Positions 14,815-28,809 of a DNA stretch of 64,000 nt are shown piece after piece (the first letter of the stretch is position 1; the number at the start of each line of letters is the position of its first letter). A program made the position numbers and the translations under genes. Origin of the DNA: Octopus sinensis (taxonomy: Eukaryota); assembly GCF_006345805.1 (NCBI RefSeq), contig NC_043002.1, positions 117,986,001-118,050,000 of the forward strand, in the 5' to 3' direction. The notes beneath the pieces are model-generated. The model was not told the DNA's origin. It saw only the letters and a list, made by a program, of their open reading frames with translations, and did not search any database.

Positions 14815-17075
14815 CAAGAGAGCCTCCTGGGTATTTGAGAGAATCTAATTCCTGTGTGCTCTTAGTGCTTATTGTTCCTGCACATCTGCCACATACAAAG
14901 ACTACTTTATCTGTTAATCTACCTGTGATTCCACTGCACCTAGTTTACACAGGGTACAGCGAATGGAATTTCTTCCAACTCTTCTCCTACTTATTGAGCT
15001 GGGCCATTTTCCTGATGAAAAAAAGAGTTTTATCTTCTTTCTAACTTACGACAACTTTAGTCTTAGTTAGGTATACTTTAAGGCCCTTTGATTCCCGGTT
15101 TTGTTTCCATACCTGTAATTACTTCTCCAATTCTGCTAAAGATTCTGCAATAAGAGCAAGGTCGTCAGTGTATAGCAGTTCCCATGGGCACCCAGTTTTG
15201 AATTCTTTTGTTATGGCCTGGATGACTATAATGAATAAGAGTGGGCTGAGAATTGAGCCCTAGTAAACCCCTACCTGTATGCTAAATTCATCACTTTATT
15301 CATGGCTGACTCTCACCTTACTGAGAGCACCACTGTACATGGCTTGTACAGCTCTAACAAGCCACTCTTTTACTCCTAACTTCCTTAGAGACCGCCATGT
15401 AACAGAGCAGGGAACTGTCGAAAGCCTTCTCCAGGTCGATGAAGGCTAAGTACAATGGCTTACTTTTGGCCAAGTACTTTTCCTGCAGCTGTCTCACTAG
15501 GAAGATGGTATCTGTGGTACTCTTCCCAGGTACAAAACCAAACTGAATCTCATCTAGTTTAATTCTGTTTCTAATCAATTGAGCTCTAACTCTCTCAGTA
15601 ACTTTCATGACTTGGTCTAGCAATTTAACTGCTCCCTAGTTGTTTCTGTCTAAGGCATCACCTTTACCCTTATGGCAGCTAACTCTAATACTACTACTAC
15701 ACCAATCATTGGGGATGGTGCTTTCCTGAATAACCTGATTAACTAAATGGGTGACTAAGCTGTATCCTACACCACTGGAAATTTTAATCACTTCAGCAGT
15801 GATTCCTGATGGCCCAGGGGCTTTCCCTCTCTTCATGTCCTTAATTGCCTTATCTATTATTCTCTTATCAACTCTGATGGCTGGTCCCTTAACTGGTTCG
15901 CTATTTGTAGACTCTCCTTCTCCCATTCATTTTCCACGTTTAGTAACCTTTCATAGTGACACTTCCATGCGTCTTTCATCTGTGAGTCACTAAGTGCAAG
16001 CATACCATCATCCATTCGCACACATTTCTCAACTACCACATCTCTACTTTCTCTGATATACTGCTTTGCAATCCTGAACACCTCACACCTCTGATCCTCA
16101 CACTGTAGAACATTTGCAAATCTCTTACCTGCAGCTACCCCTTGTGCTATGTATACCTGACATGTAGCTACCCATTAGGCTACCTGATATAATTCTCTGC
16201 TTCCAGTATTTTCAGCCAGTCTTTTTGCTTTTATAGCACTGTCAACCTCCTTGCTTCACTACCATGTCACCTTTGGTTTAGCTGGGACTCTGCACCAACC
16301 ACAGAGTTCATCCATAGCCCTCAGTAGATTGTCCCCAACTCCTCCTCTCTTTTGTCAGAAGCATCCATTTGTAAATCTCTAAATTTTTGTCTGTTTGCTG
16401 GGTCTTTGAGCTTCCATAGTCTTCTTTTCCAGATTGCTTTATTTCTAGCTCTAATTCTGAAGTCACTTACTAGTAACCTATGTTGGGTTGTACACTCTTC
16501 ACCTGGGAAAGACTCTGTGTTTTTAAGCATCCAACTATCTGGTTGCCTAGTGAGGAGGTAGCCAATCTGGCTTATGTGCCAACCAGGCTGATAAGTGATT
16601 AGGTGGCTGGCTGGTTTTTTGAAGTTAGTGTTGCAGATCATGAGATCATTTGCATCACAGAGCTCCAGCAGTCTTGTTCCCTCCTCATTTCTAGGTCCAA
16701 AACCATAGCCACCATGTACTCCCTGGAATCCATGGGGGTACTATCCAACATGCCCATTGAAGTCACCAGCCACAATAACAAAGTATCTGTCATTTGTCAT
16801 TGAGGTGATCTGCAAAGGACCTCATAGACTTGGTCCTTCTGCTCATCAGTCAGCCAAGACTGAGGAACATAGGCAGAGATAAATTTAACTGTTAAATTAC
16901 CTATGATAAATCTCATCTTAATTACAGAGTCAGCAGTGACCATTGTCTGTGGAATGGCATTCTTGGTCATCATAGCATTGGGAAATGCAATGCCAATGGT
17001 CAGCTTCCCCTGGGCCTTTACACCGAGCATGAACTCATCATCATTAACTTCATATTTTGTCTTCCTACCTGACAA
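14815..17075 (-). mobile_element. RTE LINE, degenerate (endonuclease + RT)
   Basis: Fragments FISAYVPQ, ICNTNFKKPASHLITY, MKRGKAPGPSGITAE, QFGFVPGKSTTDTIFLVRQLQEKYL; many stops and frameshifts. Confidence 0.9.
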
Positions 17076-17845
17076 AAAAACGACACGGAGACACCCACGA
17101 TCTAAACACTGGCACATCCTTGACTATGTTCTGACAAGATCCAGGGACAGACAAGATATATGCATCACCCACTCCATGCCTGGTGAAGATGACTGCTGGA
17201 CAGATCACCGCCTTCTTATTTCTTGCCTTAACATCAAGATCTGCTGCCCACCAAAGTGGATCTCAGCAAATATTCTTTGCTGGCGCTTCGCTTGCACCAA
17301 ACACCAGAACTTACAGGCATCTCAAGTCTTTAGGGAATCCATTGAGAGACACCTGATGGACCTCCCTGAGCCAGCCGCCTTTGAGGATTGCTGGGCCAGC
17401 CTTCATGAATCCATGATTGGGTTTGTTTGAAAGAAGGACCAAGACTGATCTCCTCCAAAGCACCCCACAGCTCCCCATCCACCACTGGATGTCCCAGCTG
17501 TCCTCACGCCATGAGTTCAAGAAGGCACTTGTGTGCATGAAGCCGGAGAAAGCTCCAGGATCAGACAATATCCCATTTGAGTTTTTCACACACAGAGGTC
17601 CTGAGCTGAGAAATCATCTGATGCTCCTTATTCTCAAGATCTTGGAAAGCAAGACTCCACCCCCAATGACTTCCACGATGCAACTATCATCCCCATCTAC
17701 AAGAAGGGAGACTGAGAGGATTGCAACAACTATCAGAGCATTTCACTCCTGAGTATTGCAAGTAAGATCTTCGCCTGTATCATACTCAATTGCCTCCTCA
17801 TCTTCATGGAAGATGTCTCCCCTGAGTCCCAGGGTGGCTTTTGAA
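17076..17845 (+). mobile_element. Second RTE-clade LINE fragment, head-to-head with the previous one
   Basis: HPRSKHWHILDYVLTRSRDRQD...WTDHRLL and MKPEKAPGSDNIPFEFF; internally deleted. Confidence 0.8.
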
Positions 17846-18323
17846 CCTCTCAGAGGAGGCAGTGCTGCCCTGGATCAAGAGGGCAGCTGCTGGAAGACAG
17901 GACTCTGCACTATGCCACATAAGCAGGAGAACCCAGTCATGACTGTCAGACAATTTCTGCAACCACATCACCCCTAACATCTGGCCATCTAACTCCCAAG
18001 ACTGCAACCCCCTTGGTTATTGTGTGGGTGGAACAGTTGAGTGAGAGATAAAAAAAACTTGTAACATCAAAGATGAACTGGAAGCAAGGATTATGGCAGC
18101 ATTCACCAACTTAAGCAAGGAGACACTCTAGATGAGTTGCATGGAATTCCGAAGTGGTCTGGAGGTTGTGGTTGAAGCCAATGGCGATTTTACTGAATAA
18201 ATTTACTCTTTAGTATTTAAAGATATTTTTATGTAATTTTGGTAAATATACCTATTAAAATGAGATGTCAGTATTATTTTCATTTTTGTGTAATTTAGAC
18301 GACAATATATTCACTGCATGCTG
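17845..18323 (+). mobile_element. 3' half of the same DD37D-like element as 14013-14612
   Basis: Remnant HITPNIWPSNSQDCNP; ends in a TIR-like ttagacgacaatatattcactgcatgctg-TA. Confidence 0.7.
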
Positions 18324-18339
18324 TATATATATATATATA

Positions 18340-18536
18340 TCTTTTATTTGTTTCAGTGATTAGACTGTGGCCACGCTGGGGCACTACCTTGAAGAATTTT
18401 AAGTCAAATGAATTAACCCCAATACCTTATCTTAAACCTGGCACTTATTCTTTCACTATCTTTTGCTAAGCTGTTAAGTTATGGGGACATAAACACACCA
18501 ACACTGGTTGCCAAGTGGTAGTAGGGCACGGACACA

Positions 18537-18614
<78 letters not shown>

Positions 18615-18938
18615 ACACACACACATACTAAACAAACACACACATATTTATACAAGAGGCTTCATTCAGTTTCTGTCAACAAAGTTCACTCACAAGGCTT
18701 TGTTCAGCCTGAGGTTATTGTAGAAGACACTTGCCCTAGTTGCCATGCAATAGCACCTGATATATATATATATATATAATCATACATATACATGGATGTA
18801 GATGTGTGGTAAAAAGCTTGCATTCCAACCACATGGTTCCATGTTCAGTTCCACTGTGAGGTACCTTGGGCAAGTGTCTTCTTGGGCTGACTCAAGTCTT
18901 GTCTGTAGATTTGGTAGATGGAAAATGAAAGAAGTACA

Positions 18939-18972
<34 letters not shown>

Positions 18973-19189
18973 TGCATGCACATGTGTGTCTTTGTGTCTG
19001 TGTTTGTCCCCCGTCACCGATTGACATCCAGTGTTGGTGTGTTTACATCCCTGTAACTTAGCAATCCAGCAAAAAAGACTGATAGAATAATTACTAAGCT
19101 TAAAAAAAAAGTTGATTCATTTGACTAAAAAAATTCTCCAAAGCAGTGTCCCAGCATAACCACAGTTTAATGAGTGAAGCAAGTAAAAA

Positions 19190-19190
<1 letters not shown>
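18340..19190. mobile_element. Two oppositely oriented copies of the abundant tRNA-derived SINE-like repeat
   Basis: Motifs tttgtttcagt..gactgtggcca, gtagaagacacttgccc and gcaagtgtcttct; same family as 27335-27732. Confidence 0.65.
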
Positions 19191-19226
<36 letters not shown>

Positions 19227-19237
19227 CATATGTATAT

Positions 19238-19566
19238 ATGGCTCAGTGGTTAGAGCGTCGAGCTTACGATCGTGAGGTTGTGAGCTCGAATCCCGGACTG
19301 GGCTGCGTGTTGTGTTCTTGAGCAAGACACTTTATTTCACGTTGCTCCAGTTCACTCAGCTGTAGAAATGAGTTGCGACGTCACGAGTGCCAAGCTGTAT
19401 CGGCCTTTGCCTTTCCCTTGGATAACACTGGTGGCGTAGAGAGGGGAGGCTGGTATGCATGGGCGACTACTGGTCTTCCATAAACAACCATGCCCAGACT
19501 TGTGACTAGGAGGGTAACTTTCTAGGTGCAATCCCATGGTCAGTGTCGTGACCGAAGGGGGTCCCG
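19238..19566 (+). mobile_element. tRNA-derived SINE
   Basis: A-box ggctcagtggttagagcg, B-box gagctcgaatccc, then ttgagcaagacacttt; inserted in (TA)n. Confidence 0.85.
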
Positions 19567-19987
19567 GACATATACATACACACATACACTTATGCATACA
19601 CACACACACGTGAGTTTGGTCATGTTATTTAGTAATAGTGGAGGCCGTAGATGGATACACCATTTCCCAAACATGTTGGCTCTTCATCAAAACATCTCAG
19701 GATTATAAGAGAAAGTGACTGAGAATGAAAAAGAGTGAGATCCAGAAGAAAGGGTAAGAAGCAAAGAGTGAGGGAGAGCTAAGGGATAGATAGCTAACAT
19801 GATAAATACTAATGGAAACAAGGAAATATATGTAATCATTACCTTGCTTATATATATATATATATTAATAAAAGGAATTCCAACCTTGTCTGATTTTCAC
19901 GTTTTATTTACAATCTTATAATGATATAATATAAGATAATATAATAAAATAAAATAAAATAATAGAATGTTAAATGTTCATTCTGAT

Positions 19988-20032
19988 TGAACTAGTACTT
20001 TCATGCATTAAATTCTGCAATCTTCAGGTTCA
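19988..20032 (-). ncRNA. Type I hammerhead ribozyme
   Basis: Minus strand TGAAC-CTGAAGA-TTGCA-GAATTTAA-TGCAT-GAAA-GTAC-TA|GTTCA: 5-bp stem I, 4-bp stem II with a T-T closing mismatch, palindromic helix III, CUA site. Confidence 0.7.
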
Positions 20033-20070
20033 TGTAGTAGTGGTGACAGTCATGCTTCACAATTTTTGAC

Positions 20071-20198
<128 letters not shown>

Positions 20199-20233
20199 GT
20201 ATATATATATATATTATATATATAATATATATG

Positions 20234-20304
<71 letters not shown>

Positions 20305-20319
20305 ATATATATATATGTG

Positions 20320-20533
20320 TGGAGGCACAATGGCCCAGCGGTTAGGGCAGCGGACTCGCGGTCGTAGGATCGCGGTTTCGATTCCCAGATCGGTCGTTGT
20401 GAGTGTTTATTGAGCGAAAACACCTAAAGCTCCACAAGGCTCCTGCAGGGGGTGGTGGCGATCCCTGCTGTACTTTTTCGCCACAACTTTCTCTCACTCT
20501 TTCTTCTGTTGGCCTGCTCGCTTAGCAGGCCAA
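20320..20533 (+). mobile_element. tRNA-derived SINE (3'-truncated)
   Basis: tggcccagcggttagggcagcggactcgcgg...ggtttcgattccc; same family in reverse at 23478-23765. Confidence 0.8.
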
Positions 20534-21117
20534 CAAGCGCATTGTGACCAGTGATATATATATATATACCTGAAAATTTAACTCAGTCATATATGCATAT
20601 AAGCTGGCTGAGATGTGTGTGTATATATGGATGTATGTGTGGTCGTGTGTGTGTGTGTTTGTGTGTGTGTGTGTACGTGTACATACTTAAATAATTAAAT
20701 AAAATACACAAAGCTGTACATTTGTATAAATGATACAAGTGTATTTGTACTGTACTGTGCAAGATTGTAGTCTGTTTAAGGTACCAGTAAGCTACTGTGG
20801 AAGCTGCAGATACTTGAAGTTCCTGCTCAGATATTAATGTGCACCTTCAATGTCTGGAAAGTCAGTGTTTTACTTGTCTTATAAAACTATATAATTAGTG
20901 TCTCATAAACATGCCATGGCAATAATAATCAGCCTATGTTTGCAAACCTATTATTTGTTTGTTATAAACTACCAATTAACTCTGAAAAAAAAAAGACTCT
21001 TTCCCTAGATATAGAGATAGGTGGAGGGAAAGTAATCAAAATCTCACCCCAAACTGCTGTTGTAAGCAGGATTCATGAGACATATAGTGTACCTATTTCT
21101 TTACTACCTGCAAGGAG

Positions 21118-21328
21118 CTAAATGCAGAGAGGACAAACAAGGACAGACAAATGGGTTAAGTCGATTATATCGACCCCAGTGCATAACTGATACTTAATTT
21201 ATCGACCCTGAAAGGATGAAAGGCAAAATCGACCTCGGCGGAATTTGAACTCCGAACGTAACGGCAGACGAAATATGGCTAAGCATTTCGCCTGGCATGC
21301 TAACGATTCTGCCAGCTCGCCACCTTAA
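21118..21328 (-). mobile_element. SINE (aaggtggcgagctggcagaatcg family)
   Basis: tRNA-like head gagttcaaattccgccgaggtcga; further copies at 22379-22577 and 44597-44812, fragments at 1-80 and ~55085. Confidence 0.8.
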
Positions 21329-22244
21329 AAGGTACACTATATGAGACATATAGTATACCATGATGTCAAAGATCTAGGAATATGTTACTAGTTATGTCAA
21401 TGAAAAGCATTAAAAAAATGTTGAGTTATCTGCTTAATAAATAATTGTTTAAAAACTTTAATAGTGAAGTAAGTTTATATTGGTCATATAACATCCTTTT
21501 TAATAATCAATGCTGTCACCTCTCAGCTGTCTACATGTGTATGGTGTGTACATGTTTTGCAACCAGTGCACAAAAGAAATTAATATGCATTTAAGCAATT
21601 AATGGGTACACAAAATGTTATAAAATAAAATAATGTAGTAATTGATAATTATATTAATTGTATGTTCAGTGTTATACATACTTATGTTACGGAAACAAAA
21701 TTTGCACAACCAAAGATTTGTGCACAAACTGTTGAAATTTAGAAGGTACCATAGATGTACATATGAACTCTAGAAATGACTGTGATACAGTATAAGCACA
21801 ACAGAGGGTAAATTGTGTGTAAAGAAGCCTCATTATTGATTGAAAGTAACTATATAAATTTGATGTTAATTAAAGAGGCTATAATCTTCTAATAACAGGT
21901 TTTTATGCAAATGACAAATAATCATGTATTTAATATGATTAAAACAGAGAAGTCACAGTATTATGTGGTCAGGAATTAAGTAAAAATGGGACAAGAAAAT
22001 TGTATTAGATGCAGTGGAAGCTTATTAATTCAGGTAAAAGTAGTACCAACAAAGGGGATGTTATTACTTGAAATAAAAATAATATGAAAGAGGTGTAAGG
22101 CCTTTATTACCTTTGGTAAGTATAGTATGGAAAAGTTGGGGAGCAAGCTTCATAAATTTAGGGAAAATAATATGAAAACAGAAGGGATATCGTTAATTTA
22201 GATAAAAACAGTATGAAAGAGAGATGTTACACTTAAACCTGGTT

Positions 22245-23460
22245 AAACAGACACTTAACCTTTTTTCTCCCATTCATCAAGGCATATTATTGTTCAGTCT
22301 CCTAGTCCAGGAGACACATTATTGTGTCTCCTGGACAACAGACACAATATAGTTAAGTCTCCTGGTCAAATAGATATACTGGTTTCAAATTTTGGCACAA
22401 GGCCAGCAATTTTGGGAGAGGTGTGTAAGTCGATTACATTGATCCCAGTGTTCAACTGGTACTTATTTTATTGGCCTTGAAACGACGAAACACAAAGTTG
22501 ATCTCTGTGGAATTTGAACTCAGAACATAAGACAGCTGATATGCCTTGTATGCTAACAACTCTGCCAGCTCACCACTATCTCTTGATCAAATAGATATAT
22601 TGCAGTCAAGTCTTTTGTTTAGCAGACATGTTACTGTCAAAGTTCCTTTTCTAGAAGTCACATTCCTGGTAAGCCTCCTTGTCCAGGACACATTACTGTT
22701 AGGTGACTGTGTTCAGTAGAAATATAACTGTTTAGTCTCCTTGTCTGGTAGACATATTAATTTTCTTAGTGTATTAATCACATTAATGTTAAGCCTTTTT
22801 GTCCTTAGAAAATTGATTATTGAGTCACTTTGTCCAGCTGACATATTTTAGTGTCCAGTAGACACATTACTGTAGAGTTTCCTTGACTAGTAGTCACAGT
22901 ACTGTTATGTCTTTTGGTCCAGTAGATACAGCAAAATTTCTAGTTACTTAGATACATTTTTGAGTCTCTTTGTCCAGTAAATACATCTCCATTAAGCTTT
23001 CTTGTGTAGAAGATAATGTACCTCTTTGATCAATAGACACATTATGTTCAGGTTTCCTAATCCACTGGACACACTGCTGTCTAGGTTAAGCCAATATATT
23101 ACCGTTAAGGTTCTTGGTACAACAGTCATATTACTGTTAAGTCTTGTGATGCAGCAATCACGTTACTGTGAAATCTGTTCCAGCAGGCACATTGCAGTGA
23201 TGTCTTCTCATCCAGGAGACACATTCTGTTAAGTCGTTTTGTCCAGTAATCACATTATTATTAATCCTCCTTTTCCAACCAACACATTACTGTTAATCTG
23301 CTTCAGACCTTGATCAAGCAGACACATTACTATTAAATCTCTTAGCCCATTATGTTAAGTCTTCTTTTCCAGTAGACACATGATTGTTAATCACCTAGTG
23401 GAGAAAACACTTTGTATTAACTCACTTTGCTCATTAGACACAACACATTACAGTTAAGTA
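22245..23460. repeat. Degenerate ~32-bp minisatellite interrupted by a SINE
   Basis: Unit approximately gacacattactgttaagtctccttgtccagta. The SINE at 22379-22577 is flanked by a ~21-bp imperfect duplication (tctc[c/t]tg[g/a]tcaaatagatata). Confidence 0.75.
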
Positions 23461-23477
23461 TCCTTATACAGTATGTT

Positions 23478-23765
23478 CCTTCTCGAGTCATGTCTGGCTC
23501 ATAAGGGCCAGTTTCCTTGGAGTATAGGTTCCCCACATGGATGGGACGCCGGTCCGTCACAGGTGAGCTGCTAGATGCAGGAGGAAAGAGTGAGAGAAAG
23601 ATGTGGCGAAAGAGTCAGCAGAAGTTCGCCATTACCTTCTGCCAGAACCGCGTGGAGCTTAGGTGTTTTGCTCATAAACACACACATCGCCCGGTCTGAG
23701 ATTCGAATCCACGATCCCTCGACCGCGAGTCCACTGCTCTAACCACTAGGCCATGTGCCTCCACC
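23478..23765 (-). mobile_element. tRNA-derived SINE
   Basis: Reverse complement of the 20320 family (gtggaggcacatggcctagtggttagagc). Confidence 0.8.
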
Positions 23766-24504
23766 TTATACACTATACATATTGTTCTTAAATCTCTTGG
23801 TCTAATAAGCATATTTCTTAAGTCTTCTGGTTCATAGGCTAAATTATGGGTCTTCGGGTCCAGCATACCCATTAGGGTAGAGTAAAAATAAAAAATTGTA
23901 GAAATTGAAAATACCTGAGGGCTAAAATGTTGCTATATTTAATTACTAGAAAAATGCAAAATTTTTGCTGAGATCAATCAAGGGCATTTACTCTCTCAAG
24001 TCCTCTAAACTCCGAAAATGGGGGAATTTTGTAACAATTTTTACAATAGCAGAGTTTGGAGGATATGTAGAAATTTTAAGAGTATCAGTTTGGAGTACAA
24101 AAAATATTTTGTTTGTGAATTAGTGAACTGATGGAACTCTATGAAACAATATTGAATTTGTACCTTGGCTGAACCTAATCAAAAGAATAAAAGAGAAGAT
24201 CACATGTGACAATTTGGCACAAGGCCAGAAGTTTTAGGAGCAAAATTAATTGCATCAACCACAGGATTTGAATACTAAATGTAAATGCTCATAGATATGT
24301 GCTGCAACACATTTAGACTAATTTTCAAAGAATTCTGCCCACTTATGTCATTATAAGTATAAGTATGGCTGAATGGTTAAAAAGTTTGCTTTGCAATCAT
24401 ATGGTTTTGGGTTCAGTCCACTGTGCAGTCTCAGGCCAATCAATGCTATGGGAATGAATTTGGTAGACTGTAACTGTGTGGAAGCCTGTTGTATATAATA
24501 TATA

Positions 24505-24574
<70 letters not shown>

Positions 24575-25486
24575 CAGGTGAATATATAAGTGCAAAAGAA
24601 GGTGAAAAAAATAGTATTCAATGTGTGTGTGTGTATCCTTGCTTGTCTTTGTCTTTGTCTCACCAATACTTGTCAACAAGTGTTGGTTTGTTTATGTCAT
24701 TGCAACTTAGTGGTTCAGCAAAGATGACTGATAAAATAAATACTAAACTTTCAAAGTAAGTGATTTGGCAGCGTGGTTTCATTGACTAAACCCTTCAAGA
24801 TGGTGCCCCAGCATGGCCACAGTCCACTGACTGAAACAAGCAAAACCAAAACCTTATCCAATCAGTCCTTTTATAAATACATTATATACAATGTAAAAAA
24901 CCCCAACATTGTGCACATATTTCTACAAAGAATCAAGCATAGGCTATGAGCTGTTCAATAATTTCTTGACAATGAAACCAATCACATTTTCATTAGATGC
25001 TTTTAGAAAATCAATTGATAACTTTTCTTCCTTCAAAGCAAATGAAGTTTAAAATTATTTTTGATCCTACTTCAAGAGAATCAATAGTGATTCTAATTAA
25101 AGCTTGGGGACTAATATAATTAATCTTTAAAAAAATGCATCTAGAGTTTTGAGCTAAATTTAATTGTTGTTCACATATTTTCCTTTCAACTTTCAAACTT
25201 TTTTTTATTAAATCAAATTGTCAGTGCTCCATAGAAATAATCTTAGTTATTTAAAATGTGCTTTTACAGGAAATAAGCCTTGAAATGTATAACTGTATGT
25301 GTATATATTAACTAGAGACACACAAAGCAGTGTTGATTGAAATATAAATATGTACAATTATATATACCATGTTTGTGTATACTTGGATGTGGAAAGACAT
25401 TTTCAGTGGTAATTGTCTGAGAAGAAAGTTTATCTTATAGATAACATGTGTGAAAGTGCATCACTGGGCTATACGATGTAATTGAA

Positions 25487-25821
25487 CTGTAGGATGCATG
25501 CGTTTCTATATTGTTACACTTCATCAGCTATGGACATTGAATCTGTCATTTCCAACCCACTAAGAACAGCTGTTATATTTAGACAGTAAAAAGTACATTT
25601 GCTGATGTGCATAAATCTTTGTCAAGCAGGAATTAATTAACTAAAGGTGCATGAAGCAGTGTTGAGGGAAATATAGGTGTGTCTAACAAATTTGTGTTAA
25701 GTTTTGTACACATCAGCAAATGTTCTATTTGCTGATAAGTACCAGGCTTAAAAAAATAAAATGAAAATCTACAGTGTCTGTTACTGATGAAGCATAATGC
25801 AGAAATTCATGTGTCCTGTGG
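25487..25821. ncRNA. Pair of degenerate hammerhead motifs in an old inverted duplication
   Basis: Minus 25487-25533: CCATAG-CTGATGA-...-GAAAC-GCATGC-ATC-CTACAG. Plus 25775-25821: CTGATGA-AGCATAATGCA-GAAA-TTCATGT-GTC-CTGTGG. Both are followed by ttacatc...tagcccagtgatg. Confidence 0.5.
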
Positions 25822-26033
25822 TCTGATTACATCATCCATAGCCCAGTGATGTTTTCATTGACTACAAAGAGAATTTTCTACCAAGACAATTTCCACAGCA
25901 GATGTCTTTCCATGTCCATGTGTACATACATATACATATATATATATATACACACACACACAATTATTTTCTTGAGGATGCATAACCGCATACACTTAAA
26001 TGTATATAATATATAATGTATATAATATAAATA

Positions 26034-26092
<59 letters not shown>

Positions 26093-26874
26093 ATATGTAT
26101 GTATGTATGTATAAATATAAATATATGCAGAACAGTGTATTTGCATGCAGGAAAAAATATAAGAGAATTTATTCGAGGGTTTGAAAATGCACTTGAATCT
26201 CAAAATGTGTAGTCGTTTTAAAATTTTGTAATAGATTTATTCAAATACCAAACTGGTTTTGACAATTTTTTGCTTATCAATAGTAAAAATAAATAAATAA
26301 AGGGTTTAAGAGAGTTTAAAGTTACAAGGTAAAATTTGGAAAAGCATGTTTAAAAGATCAAATGTTCAAATGTTCACAGCAATTTCAATGAGTTTCACTG
26401 AGATAGACAATATTATAAGTTTAAATGTTCAATGAAGATCATAACAAATATACAGATAAACAAGCACCCACACACGCATGCACACATACATGCACACACA
26501 AAAACACACACACACACTCACTCTCTCCCCAGACAATGATAAAAAGAAATCCAAACAATTTTTTGAAAAGTAACATTTACCCCCCTTGGAGTAGCCACCT
26601 GATTTTGCCATTTCTAAAGGCCAAGAATCACTTTCTATTGAAAGAACTGACCAGCTGTATGGAAGTAAACAATTTTTTCTTCTTTCTCTTTTCCTTCTTC
26701 CTTTCCTCCTCTTTTCCATTGAGACTTCTTTCAGATACAAAGGTACACACACACACACACTCTCTCTCTCTCTCACTTTCTCCCCATTCCTCACCCACTT
26801 TTACTATCCTATATCTCTCTCCACTCCTACACACTCAATAATACTATAAAAAGAGACAAATCTCTTGAAAAAAT

Positions 26875-26920
26875 TCAATCTGACGAATCCACTAGAGTGG
26901 ATGCAAGCACTTATATATGA
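26875..26920 (+). ncRNA. Hammerhead-like motif with one core substitution
   Basis: CTGACGA-ATCCAC-TAGA-GTGGAT-GCAA: perfect 6-bp stem II, but GAAA is GCAA and stem I is weak. Confidence 0.4.
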
Positions 26921-27334
26921 TTTATAAAAATATGTGACATATTGATAAAAATCTGTAAATATAAAACTATCCAGATTTCTGAGTACCTTATTTCTTTTAA
27001 TATATATATATATTATATATATATGTATATAAATTTAAATTTAAAATGAGGGTAAGAAATTAGATATTAGTTTAATTAACATCGATTTCACACCAGTGGT
27101 CTAGCATATAAAAAAACTGAAGTTTCCGTAAAATTGTATTACATACAAATTAGAGGGAAACCACAATTTGAACACCCATATGCTAGAAATAGATCCACTA
27201 TGATCTTACCACTAAGAAATGTTCCCAAGAAAAATTGAACAAAACAACCAAAATGTAATCGAGCAAGACAAAAGAAAAAGCAATAAAAATATGGATTCTT
27301 CACATACATTTTCTTCTTCTTTTTTTTTTTTCTT

Positions 27335-27732
27335 TTTACTTGTTTCAGTCATTTGACTGCGGCCATGCTGGAGCACCGCCTTTAGTCGAGCAACTCGACC
27401 CCGGGACTTATTCTTTGTAAGCCCAGTACTTATTCTATCGGTCTCTTTTGCCAAACCGCTAAGTGACGGGGACATAAACACACCAGCATCGGTTGTCAAG
27501 CAATGCTAGGGGGACAAACACAGACACACTAACACATACACACACACATATATATATATATATACATATATACGACAGGCTTCTTTCAGTTTCCGTCTAC
27601 CAAATCCACTCACAAGGCTTTGGTCGGTCCGAGGCTATAGCAGAAGACACTTGCCCAAGGTGCCACGCAGTGGGACTGAACCCGGAACCATGTGGTTGGT
27701 TAGCAAGCTACTTACCACACAGCCACTCCTAC
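27335..27732 (-). mobile_element. Near-intact copy of the abundant tRNA-derived SINE-like repeat
   Basis: ttttacttgtttcagtcatttgactgcggccatgctggagcaccgcc...gggactgaacccggaaccatgtgg. Other copies at ~24360-24850, 28505-28985, 46845-47260, 48840-48960 and 51975-52200. Confidence 0.85.
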
Positions 27733-28770
27733 CACATGCTTCACTATTATATTAAAACTTTCTCTAACCGGCAAAGGCCACTGCAGTAAAGTATTTTCTG
27801 CAGCATCATTTTTTTCCAGTAGTTTAGCGTGCCAAAACAAGGACATTTGAAATAGTAATCACAGGTGTAATGAGTAGAACTGTTTACAAGTATGACTTTG
27901 TGCGGACGTCCTAGTATGCAGTCCTGCAAATTATATTCATTTGGACGGTCACAATGATGATCTACGGATATTTATGTAAGTAAATTATGTAATATGTTAA
28001 TAGTGAAACATGTATGCGAATAATCCATATTTTTATTGCTTTTTCTTTTGTCTTGCTCAATTACGTTTTGGTTGGTTGGCTAAATTTTTCTTGAGAACAT
28101 TTCTTAGTGGTAAGACCATAGCGGATCTATTTCTAGCATATAGGTGTCCACATAATGGTTTCCCTCTAATATGTATATATATATGATTGTGCTTCTTTCA
28201 GTTTCTATCTGACAAATCCACTCACAAGGCATTGGTCCACCTGGGGCTATAATAGAAGGCACTTGCCAAAAGTGTTGTACAGTAGGATTGAATCTGAAAC
28301 CATGTGATTAGGAAATAAACTTCAAAACCACACAGCCACACCTGTGCATAGCCACACCTCTGCATATACAAAAAAAGAAAAAAAAAACAGAAATCATTAT
28401 CTGGAATTTAAAATTACTTATCAGTTTAATAACTTGAATATACTGGATTTAATTTTTTCTGTATTATTTCAGGAGTAAATTTAGTATTACAAATGACAGT
28501 TATCTTTTATCTTTTATTTGTTTCAGTCATTTGACTGTGGCTATGCTGGGGCATAGGGTTTTAGTTGAACAAATCGACCACAGCACTTATTTTTCTAAGC
28601 CTAGTACTTATTCAATCATTCTCTTAGCTGAACTGTTAAGTTATAGGGACATAAACACACCAACACTGATTGTCAAGCCGTGGTGGTGGTGGTGGGGGTG
28701 GGGGGCAAACACAGACACAAAGACAGACAGACAGACACACACACACCACACGCACACACACACACACACC

Positions 28771-28809
<39 letters not shown>

